Part shown: one piece after another, positions 33,398 through 44,233 of the stretch
Numbering within the stretch: the first letter of the stretch is position 1
Layout: every line of letters starts with the position of its first letter
Source: Cystobasidiomycetes sp. EMM_F5
Lineage: Eukaryota
Direction: 5' to 3'
Length of the DNA stretch: 64,000 bases
Assembly (NCBI GenBank): GCA_051047955.1
Contig: JBPGPT010000039.1
Coordinates: 1 to 64,000 of the forward strand
Translations under genes and position numbers: made by a program
The notes under the pieces: model-generated
Seen by the model: only the letters and a program-made list of their open reading frames with translations
What the model was told of the DNA's origin: nothing
Database searches by the model: none

Positions 33398-36300
33398 TCA
33401 CGTCGGAACTTCCAGAGTCTGCTTGCCTGAAACACTTTCATGTTTTTTGTGCCACTCTGATAGCACCGGCTGAAGCTTATCAACCGTCTCGTCGTCCATG
33501 AGTCCGCTATAGCGCTTATGCGCGGGGTTGTCAACCTTGTCTGCACCACCAGTGACGACAGCGTCCGTCAAGGTAGTTTTGGCACGCTCTAAGAAGCGCA
33601 TTGTTGGGGCAACAAGCGCTTCGGCAGAGAAAGCTGTTGGCGAGACTAGCATACGATGAGTGCGCCCAGTTGATGACGTATTGCCGTTCTTCAAGCCATC
33701 CGCACTTTTCGCTTGTGCCGATGGTGCAACGACACCGGCACTGAACACCGTAGGAACTCCTTCCGCAAGAGAAGACACTAATCCAGGCACCGACTGCTTC
33801 AATGAACGATTGAGGGCATCTTCGTATGGCCGCAGCCGTCGAGACGAGGCCTTCCCGTCCGTCTCACCAAACTTGAACAGATTCTTTTTCTGATCGCGCA
33901 TGGGCCGTCCCGATCGCAGCGTCTCGTTGATAGAAGCTACTGCTGATTTTGAGGATGTTGCACCACCTTGCTCGTCGATCAGATAATCGTGCAAAAGGGC
34001 TTGTATCTGTAGACATGACTCTGTAAAAACTTTCGCATGTCTACGTCTCAATCACATGCACGCACCTCTACTTGTATTGGCTTCCATATGTCAGTCAAGC
34101 TATACACGAGCCGTCCTTGCCGATTAGTCATGGCTGAATCCTTGAAATCAGGACGACTTGCTATCCGCTGCACGACCTCGTGCATTACGCGGAACCCTTG
34201 CAGAACTGCATCTAATTTCGAGAAGAGTGTCCAGAAGAAGTCGAGCAGTATGCTGGTGTTGGTTTCATTTAGTGAAGCTGACAATCCTGATTCGTCAAGT
34301 GCAGCAAGATTAGTCCCGCCTATGCTCGACCGTACAAGAAGCGAGTAGGCCACAGAGTTTGAGGCATTGGAAGCGGGAAACGAGCCACTGTAAGTCATTT
34401 TTGGCGACACTCCGCTAGTGCCGAATTTCGCCAAACGTATCGAGTTCCGTCTGACGGGATCGTTTCTACAAAGTGTCACCCTGTCAATGTGCTGTCGCTT
34501 ACAGTGCGCTAATAGTTGCGCCTTACCTCTCATCCACCTCGGCGATTGTAGATTCTATGAGATTGTATATTTCGATCGGAGCTCGCTGCAGAACCGAATC
34601 CATGGCGAAGCTTAGCTTTCCAAAGTGCGTCAAGCTCTCCAGTAGGGTTTCGATGTATGCAAAACTGTCCTGCTCTGGGTTCGCCTTGTTACTCGCGCTA
34701 GTATGTCCGTTGGTCGGGTTGAAGCCAGCCATACCATCCATTGTTCCGTTTGAACTCGATCGAGGTACGCCAAGCGACCGCGAAGATGCGCTAGCCGTTA
34801 CACCGAGATTATCATCGCCATTACCGCTTCCCTGTCCTTGGACGTCAGGTTGCCCCTCATTATCGAGTAGCTCTTCCAGGTTTAGCGCTGTGGACGATCT
34901 CTGGGAAAGTTGAAGGAGGTATTGGTCGAGTTTGGTCTGCTTCTTTGGCGTGCCCGGATCAGAGTCGTTCCCGTTTGTCAACTTGTTTCGAGGATAGTCA
35001 AATATTGACTTGAATGTGTTTTCAACCAAGAAGGCAGGTACTAGAGCCGTGGCATAAGTCTTCATGTGCCTCTAAAGATCGTCAGCGTCACTTACAGTCA
35101 GTTTGGCCAGGTGTGTAATTTTTCCACCTTGCTTCCGTATAGAACGACTTGAGGTACAGATGACTATGCAGCTCTTCAGCCAAATACTCGAGCATTAGCT
35201 GCGGGTTACACCAAGTCAGCTCCAACTGCCGATGAACGACGGGTCTCAACTCGACTTGCATTTTCTTGTGACACAAAATAGCTTCTCAGGTCGGCGGTTG
35301 CGGCAATTTCGACTAAATCAGGCTTGTTGACCGTCTTGAGCGATTTCACGAGAAGAGCCGTCGCAGGTAGGAATCGTTTCTCGCTAGTCAACGATTCCAA
35401 AGTATCCGGCACGTTCCTTAACGTCTCGATGGACGCGAGAATCTTGTCCATCTCTGCCAACTCTGTCCTGCGTGCTTCGAGCACACCGAGTTCTGTGCGT
35501 GCTTTGCCAAGCGTGGTCCGGACATCGTCTAAAGTGCTACGTAAGGATGATGTGTTTTTCTGTGCTGCACTGAGGTTGGATAGGAGACCGTTGTAAGCTG
35601 ATACAGAGGCATCGAACGCCCTGTAGTGGGTCTGGATAGAGCTTTTGAGCGATCTCGACAAGGCTTCTTTGGTGGCCATGAAGTTGCGGAAGCGGTCGGG
35701 ACTCGCGTCGGGTGCGACGAGCGTCAGGGCAAGGGTGACTGGGTCAAAGACGTCTTCCCCATTCTCATCGTTGCCGACCTGATCTTCTCTGACGGAGGGT
35801 GGTAGCAATTCCGGCCAGTCTGCCGTCACTTGTGCCAGGACGCGTTCCATCTCGCGGAAAGCGGGTGTAGATGGAATTGCAGCCTTCTGGCCCTTCTTCA
35901 TCCGCGCTGATTCTCCCTGTACGCCTACTGCACCTCTCCTCGTCCGACCGCCCCCTTCCTTCCCTGCGAGACCGCTGTCCGATCTGTCTCGATTCATCAC
36001 GTTTGTGGGCGAGTTTGCTCTACTCCGATTTGATAGATTGTCGTTGGAGTCGCTACGGGATTTAGCGGCTGCCCCGGCGTTGGAGAAGGCCGCTATCGCA
36101 TTTCGCATTGCCAACTGCTGCTTTGGGAGGTGAGGCGGAGGGGACTGATCTTCTACCACCATGCTATTGTCGAGGTCGTCGTCGGAAAAGCTTGCTCGCC
36201 TATCGCCCGGCCTGTGCCGTTCTTCCTGCTGGATAGCTTGAGCGAGACGGGCTGCACGGGAGGATTGGCCATTTGACGAGGAGGTGGATGGGTTGGGAGC

Positions 36301-36642
36301 GAGTGTTGGAGCAGTGATGGCTGGAGCAGGAGGTGCTCTTCTTTGCTGCTGCTGCTGCTGCTGCATCATTCCCGGCCCCGCAGCGTAGTCTATCGAAAGC
36401 GAGGCCGTGCTATCGCGGCTGTCAGTTACGGCGTGCCCCATAGGACGGCGTTGGCTTCTTGCAGGTCTTGCGGGCGTCGGTGCTCCATTCCCTCTGGGTG
36501 GTGCAGCCATTCCAGCGTTGCTAGTCGCCATGGAATACCCGGCAAACGGACTCTGCGAACTATCATTACTCTGCTGCCCAGCCATACTGCTGTAGCTGCC
36601 TTGCTGAGGCTGCTGGTCATACTGCCGCTGCTGCCGGCTCAT
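33398..36642 (-). CDS. SEC8: Exocyst component Sec8 (long low-complexity N-terminus; C-terminal half apparently absent)
   Basis: FDPVTLAL, IQTHYRAFDASVSAYN, VPDTLESLTSEKRFL, EELHSHLYLKS, NPEQDSFAYIETLLESL, IWKPIQVE|IQALLHDYL, HRMLVSP. About 5 exons. Confidence 0.85.
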
Positions 36643-36723
36643 CTTTGTTGCATATCTGATTGTCTAGACGTCAAAGTCCAAGCGGCCCTTGACTTGGTTC
36701 AATATCATTTGTTTTGATGGGAC

Positions 36724-38791
36724 ATGACCCAGAATTATGCTATCGCTACAGCTGCTCGCCTGTCGCATCGTCTAGCCCCGCCTCCCAGTCTGCCATGCAC
36801 CTGCTCAGTGTCGATATTCACACAAAAAAGAGCTAGATCTCCAATACAATTCCCGAGCAAGCGTGAGCCTTTTCAGCGATGTTATTGTAGACTCTGAGCA
36901 CTAACCAGACCCTTCTTTGCTAATTGCAGGCCATCTCTCGTCCGCACCGCTTCCTCCGCCCTTACGGCATCCATACACAAGCAACACCGACACATCCATC
37001 CCATCATCATCATCATCTTCGTACTCACCCTCCTTGCCATCTTCCTCGCTGACGGGGTACGGTCAACCGCTGCCCTCGACGCATTCACATATTCTCAGCC
37101 ATGGCCAGCTCACAGAAGGGATACCGTACTCGGAGTACGAGTCGAGGCGGAAGAAGCTCATGGATGGTCTGCCTAGTCGCAGTATAGTAGTGTTGCCGGG
37201 AAACCGCTTACAGTACATCAGCCAAAGTATATTGTCAGTCGGCAACACCCTTTCGACTATATACACGTCTACTCACACAACTGCTGTCTCCCCAAAGTCA
37301 TAAATTCAGACAGGCTACAGACTTCTTCTACCTGACAGGCTGGTTGGAACCGGACGCAGCAGTCATATTAGGTAGGCTACCCTGCAAATCTCCATTGTTG
37401 ATACTGATGTTGGGCTGACTATATATCTCTTGTAGAAAAGGATAGTTCGCGTAGAGGATACAAGATGACCCTCTTCTGCCGCTCTCGAGATGCCGAGCAA
37501 GAGTTATGGGAAGGGCCACGAAATGGGCCGAATGGTGCTGTCGATGTATTCGGGGCTGATCAGGTCGGTCGGTGCAATACAACCATCAAGATGCATATTT
37601 ACTCATGCCTTCTAAATCAGGCGATGGATATTGCGCACTTTACGTCCCACCTCAAAACGCTACTGACATCAGGCAACACGGACGGTCCAATCTACGTCGA
37701 CCTGCCAGACAACCCAACTGCATCTATTCGCGCACCACGAGGGGCAAGCAAGAGCGCAAAGAGCATCTTTAATTTCCTTTCCGGCAACGCTACTTCGGGC
37801 GGACGTCGTACTGCACTCGATCTCGGCATGACGACAAAGAAGTCAGACTATGATCAGGTTTTAGCTCTTCTTGGCGGAAATGGAGGGAACGGGAGCCGAA
37901 GTACGAAAAGCCTAAAGGAAGAAGTGGAGAAGTTGCGGATCATCAAGAGCCCCAACGAGATTGTGTTGATGCGAAAAGCAGCAGACATTTCTGCGGATGC
38001 GCATGCCAAAGTCATGAGGCTCGCCGAACCCGGCGGGAATGAGAACACGCTCGTCAGTACATTCGAGTATCACTGTGCTATTGCTGGATCAGCAAGACCA
38101 GCCTACCTACCCGTATGCGCAAGCGGGGCAAACACCCGCTTTCTACATTATACTCATAACAATGCTATACTAGAAGCTGGCTCTCTCGTTCTGACTGATG
38201 CAGGCTGCGAGTACGCAGGGTATGCATCGGACATAACACGGACATTTCCCGTCTCTGGCAAATTCACACAACCTCAGCGGGACCTATATCAAGCTGTCCT
38301 CAGCACCGTCAAAGAGTGTACCAAAGTCTGTACAGCCAAAGCCTCACTTACCCTGTACGATCTGCACGAGAAGAGCAAAGAAGCCCTCTCGGACAACCTG
38401 CGACAACTCGGTGTCGATGTAAGAGGTAACGAAGCACTCTTCAACAAGATCTATCCGCACTTTGTGGGACATCCGCTCGGCCTAGACTTGCACGATTGCG
38501 CGACATTTCAACGGCACTCTCCTCTGAAGAGTGGAAACGTTATCACTATCGAGCCGGGCGTATTGTAGGTTCTTGTCGGGTTGATCCTTACCCTCGCATT
38601 GTGCTTACGTACCTTCGTGTCGGTCCAGCATGCCTGACGATCGCTCAATACCGTCTCACTTCCGCAATATCGCTGTCAGACTGGAGGACGAGATACTGAT
38701 CGGCGAGGAAGACCCGATAGTACTGTCTATAAACGCGCCTCGAGAGATTGTGGATGTCGAGGCATGCTGTCAGGGGTTGTTGGAGCGGTAG
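36724..38791 (+). CDS. ICP55: Mitochondrial Xaa-Pro aminopeptidase (peptidase M24B, intermediate cleaving peptidase 55)
   Basis: YGQP..THSH...GI..SEYESRR, FRQATDFFYLTG, ELWEGPR, LRIIKS, LHY, DAGCEYAGYASDITRTFP, HFVGHPLGLDLHD, TIEPG, RLEDE. Start inferred through an intron at 36863-36929. Confidence 0.9.
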
Positions 38792-39022
38792 CAATCCCAT
38801 GTGGCAACTATTGATTCAAGTTGACGGAGTAAAGCTGATTCCTGTCGTCTTTGACGTCGTAGATTACTGTACTATTGAGAGCTGACAATTCTTATTCTGT
38901 GACTGCTAACTTTCGTCTCACTGATCAATGTCTTATCTTATCTACCTTACTGTCTGCATCCAAATTAATCATTCCCCTTGCGTTCTCTTCCTCGCTTTTC
39001 TTTCTTTAGCGAAACTCAGAAT

Positions 39023-39901
39023 TTATGGTCCAGGGTTGGCTCCCGATCCAGTCGCGACAGCAACAGCATTATCGATCAAGATGAGCACGCCAGCTTGACT
39101 GAGTGTGTATGGATTGGAGTGTCCCTCTGGATCAGGGACGTCGAGTGCTGCATTTGCAAACAGGTCGAGATTCTGTTCGAGAACGGAGCAGGTATTCTTG
39201 TTGCCTGATAATGCCAACGACGCGACGTCGAGTCAGCGGGTACGGCAGCATTGTAATGGCGAAGGGAACTTACTATCTGGAGCGATACACAGGGTAGTCA
39301 AAACCTTGTTCATTTCCTTGATGCGATTGGCTGTCGATGTGACAGCGTCAAAGTAAGTATGTACGAACCTCAAGGGAAAGCTGCACACTCACCTCCGAGC
39401 TGCTTGCCGAACGAAGTCATGCTGATCTTTGCTTCGGCCGCATAAATGGCCGCTGCTGCGAACGCTGCTGCTTCTCCGCAGATCTGTCCTTGGTCTGGAG
39501 GGAGATCATAGTAAGCGAATGAGGAGCGGTATGGGAATGAGAGATCACTCACTGAATTGTGCAATACATAGATCGTCGCCGAGATTATCGAGTGCTTGTA
39601 CTCGCTGTTTCTGAATTCAAGCAGGGTTATTTACCTTCTCGTCAGTAGGTCACCCTCGCTGATGCTCTCTCCATTAACTCACCCCCAACACCAACGTAAT
39701 ATGACCCGTCAAGTCTGCAATCTGCCTCCCAGTCGCTGCATTCACATACATTGCTGCAAACTGATTCATGCTGACGGTGAACTTGTTTAGCTGGTCTGCT
39801 GGGGTCGGCGATGTGGTTGTCGCTGGCAATGGAGCTGCTTTGGCGAGGCTGATGAGGGCTGCACTAGCCATTGCGAGGGATCTGATGGACGAAGAGAGCA
39901 T
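39023..39901 (-). CDS. Small secreted hypothetical protein (spliced)
   Basis: Signal peptide MLSSSIRSLAMASAALISLAKA/AP. ORF fragments 39674-39901, 39370-39600 and 39023-39320 are separated by GT..AG introns. TATAAAT on the minus strand at ~39994-40000. Confidence 0.6.
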
Positions 39902-41059
39902 GATGAGATGATTGGAGGCTGTCGAAGAGGCTTTGGGAGGGGACTTGAGTAGGGTGAGCGAAGAGAAGGGAGCAAAAGACGGCGACCAGTCCCATTTATA
40001 CCGTCGAAGCAACCAACTACTCTACATCGAACCACCTCCATTGCATCACTCAGAGACAGTCGAGCGTATGCTTGTCCAACGCGATGTAAGGGTGTAGAGT
40101 ATTTATGCCGTCATGGGAGTGGGCAGGTTGAGGGAGAGCACAGAGAGTGCAGCGATCACTCCTGTATTATGTCATCAGTCCAAGCTATGGCATGCGCAAG
40201 TGGACTAAAATGAGGTGGAATAATACGCCAGTGTGCGAATTAATGATCCTAGTCTGCAATAATTAATTTCTGAGCTTTTTGGCCTTGCAAAAGGGCTGAT
40301 AGCTAAGCAATTCAATTATTCTTCACGACAAATCAGTTATTAGTGTCTAATTTCCCAAGTGTTGATATCTAATATCTGTTCCGCTATTAACACTCTGCTC
40401 TTTTAGAACTAATAATTCCTGCTAACAATATTATATTATCTGCTTATGTCATCATCTCTGTGGTGACAATATTATATTTCTGTGCTGGCTAGAGGGAGTG
40501 AGGGAAGTTCATTTCGCGTAGAACCGTCAAACGCGTCTGAAACGGTGGTAAACATGGGTGAAGAGCAACATACAAGAGCATGGAGGTGATGCTACATGAC
40601 CTCTCTCCTCCAGAATGGATCAAGCAAGCCCAAGGAACCGCACAGCCGTGTGTAGAGGTCGCTGTTCAGGCCTTCCAGAGCAGCATGGAAATTTGAGGAG
40701 GCCGTCATACTGTTGAACTGTTTAACGTTGTATCAATTAATGTGACAAGAATTATTATCAACTCGGAATTATTGTATTGCGCGCGCAAATTGTATAATGC
40801 ACACGACGCATATTGTATTTCTATTTTGTCCACTTTCGAGTACCATACAAGCAGCCTTATGTCATCTTCCGAGTCCGTTGCTGTCGACGATGTTCCTGAA
40901 AACAGGTACACGACCGTTGTCTGCTCAGAGTCAACATGGACAACATGGACAGTGTCAGTGGACGATACATTGACATGGACAGGGCGAGGGCAATGGTGGA
41001 CGCAAAGAGCGAGGAGTGGGTGATGATAATAATGATAATGGAGTGGTGAACGAGCACCC

Positions 41060-41859
41060 ATGACGACCACTTGCAGACTCGACAGACGCATACTCACTCC
41101 GGCAAAGGAGACGCTCAGTCGGGCAGCAGCAGAATATCCATTCGCGACGGCAAGTCTTTGGCAGTATGACCCACTCATATCCAGTCTGACCGAGTCCATT
41201 CTACGCGTCGTTGTTGCATTCACGCTGCAGATCTTTGGATCAATCTTCCTCGTCCTCTCTCTCGGCCCGCTACTCGCCTTTGTGTGCTTTGTGGTATTTG
41301 CAGGATCCATACTCCTCGCGACAAGTCTCGTCTTCTTTGTCTTTTGGGCAGGGGTGATTATCGGATCTGCAGGTGGGCGAGCGATTCCCAAGCGCACTGC
41401 AAACAACTCAATAGCTGATAGATTCACTCTACTACGGGCTCGTGTTGTCCAGCCATCGTACTCGCAGCAATCCTGTCCATCACGTTTGGCATCGCAGTCG
41501 CGCTCACATCCACTGCCATGGTCGCAGCGGCACTCCGGAACCTCTACATTAATATAAATGCAAAGAAATCAATCAGAGCCGGTACAGTGGTCCGTCGTCT
41601 TCTTTTCAATACAACTAGCAACCAGCTCACGCTGTGTGACACTGCACGCCAGGCCACGATTGACGAGATAAAAATGTATGCAGTAGAGAGCATAAAGGAG
41701 GTGCAGAGTGCAGTGGAGGCTAGAGGTCATTCATCACTCAGAGGCTTACAGGCGAGTGGGCTGTCGATTGGCGATGCAGGTGGGCACGGCAAGGCGTATA
41801 TGAACGGACATGCGAATGGACACGCCAATGGGCAAGTAACAATCAAGGCTGAGCAGTAA
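41060..41859 (+). CDS. Promethin/LDAF1-like hydrophobic hairpin protein
   Basis: Long uninterrupted hydrophobic stretch with Pro kink (FLVLSLGPLLAFVCFVVFAG...FWAGVIIGSAG), continuing after an intron (AIVLAAILSITFGIAVAL), then a hydrophilic tail. Confidence 0.5.
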
Positions 41860-42051
41860 AGAACATGTTGCACAGAGTGTGGAGTTCAGTGCGTATCAGT
41901 GTTTGGTAGCAAGGTCGTAAATTCAGTCATAGAGGTCGTTCTGGCATTACGATGGACAGATACAGCGTTTCGATCATGGTATGGCATTCAGACAACGTAA
42001 AAGAGCGCGTGCCATTAGGTGATATTTATGCGTCATGCTACCTCACATCCC

Positions 42052-43387
42052 CTACTGATGTCGTATGAATCGATTATGCTTGATGGGTTTGCGCATGAGG
42101 CGCCACAGCATGATTGTCGTTGCGAAAGAGAGCGAGTACCACGTTATGGCATACGTAGCATGCATGTTTCGTAGTTCGATGGTCGGGGCCCGGCCTAGCG
42201 GAACACCATGCGAAATCATAGACTTCATCTGTCCAGCATTGCCCTCTGATCCACCACAGTCGGCGTCAGCAAGCCCAAGTGCGTTCTGTCAGACAAGCAA
42301 ATGATAGCTCACCGAATATCTGGTCGACAAGGACTGGTTGCGTGCCCATCGCACTGGCCATCTGCTCAATGTCCATGAATTGGTATTCTCCGATTTCAGG
42401 TCGATTCGCAGGGCTGAACATGTTGCGCTTCTCTTGAGATCGAAGCATGCCCACAATCTCTTGCGATTCATTGATCTTATAAAACAATAGAGTCTCATTA
42501 GCAAAAGGAGGCTCTAGTAGATTGATGGTGGACACACAAGCGATTCTGGCCTATCAGCCTGCTTCATTCTTGTGAGGGAGACATGCCCTCTGTTGACGAG
42601 TATCGCGCTAGCTGGGTCGCCGTCGACTCGCACAAACGGTGTAATGACGGAATAGCCTAGCACACCCTCTCGAGTCCGCGGACCCAGTAAGACTTCTCGG
42701 GAATGGTCAAACCGACCAGACACTTCGACTTTGCGGTAGGCAAACTGTATGAGCAGATTACCGACATGAACTGAAGTGTCAGTGGTATATTGGTCGCGTG
42801 CTCTACGAGGCGAGTGATTACCTCTGGCACTGCAGCAGGACTGAAACGACGGGGGTGACAGGCATTAGAGATTTACGCTACGCATGTATGCACACGCTAT
42901 ACTCACTCCAAGTGCACGGGTATGAGCATCGGAGGCTTTGCCAGCTTTTCGTCCAGCTCCTTTATGAGACTCTGTTTCCATTGCAAACGGCGCACTTGCC
43001 ATGTCCCCAGGCCGAAAGTGAGGATGGGCTACAGTGTGTCAAGTGTGCAAATGCGTTAATAGCGTCAAAAGTCGCCGTCAAGTATCGCATCGCCAAAAAG
43101 TGATATATCTGATGTCAGTACCGGTCTTTCGTTCTCCATCAGCCAACCAAATCACAACTTGCAATGCAAGCCAGCACCAACGTCGAGCCAGAGATGTCGT
43201 ACCGAGGCTGGCCATAAGTCGCTTCTCCCGCAGCTTCTGATGCGTACCCGCGATATTGACGGCGATAGCGGGCTCTGCCGATGCTGCTGCTGCTCTGGAC
43301 AGCACTCCGAGCAGGCTGGTCAGGCCGCTGATTCCCGACCGCACGTAGACATCCGGAAAGCCATTGCGGGCATCTATGCAAGCTCAT
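42052..43387 (-). CDS. SHY1: SURF1/Shy1 cytochrome c oxidase assembly factor
   Basis: Spliced motifs PILTFGLGTWQVRRLQWK, GRFDHSREVLLGPR, LVNRG, LRNMHATYAITWYSLS. Mitochondrial-type N-terminus. Confidence 0.9.
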
Positions 43388-44233
43388 GACGGTGTTATCA
43401 GGTCGGCAGCGACTAAACAGGCTTGGATTGGGTCTGGCATTCTGACGGCTAACCAGCTGATGTCCCGCGTTATGGCTGAAACACAGACACAAGAGCACAG
43501 CATGGAGTACACTCAACCACAGTTCGCACTCGCAGCTCCAGTCGAAGCCTTCGAATTCGGTCCTCTCGTCCAAATCCGGCTAAACGGCTGGCATTGCCAT
43601 TTCCGGGCATGAAGTCCATTCATTACTGGCATCAGGGCTAATTACACTGAAGATACTGAAGAAAGGTGTTGATTATCGTCCTTTTATCGCCCGCGGTGCT
43701 GTTGGAGCGCAGACGTCAGTAAATTCCGTTGCTACCGCAAATGTCCGGAATTGGTCAACCTTAAGCGAGTCGATGGGCGAATTCTGTGTATCGTGGACGG
43801 CCGCATCCCATTCATACCACTGATTGCATAGGACCTGACAATTACCGGAGGCGAATCTGTGCGACCCAGAGCCGCATCGGTGAACCTCAACTGCCGGTAT
43901 CAATTGATCATTCGTAATTCCTGATTCCCGAATTCCACAATAGATCACTCCCGCTCTTGCAAGCTGGTCCTTGTGGTCTCTTTCCTTCCTTCTCTCGTTT
44001 CGCCATTTCTCACTGCCGCAGCGCTTTCGACTTGGGCTTCTCGCCTATTATACCCACACTGGATCGGTGCTACTCATCGAGTACTTATTGTCCTACCCAC
44101 AGCTCTCTTCAAACTTCTCAAGTACTTTGACTCAAGACGCATTGACAACCAGCTTTTCGAAAACCCACCTTCCCTTGCGTAACACTACAGGCAGATCAAA
44201 AAGAAAAAGACAACAGCACATTTCCTCCTGAAC

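Noticed and set aside
40705..41427. 240-aa minus-strand ORF
   Set aside because: Largely antisense to the promethin-like gene, with no motif support.
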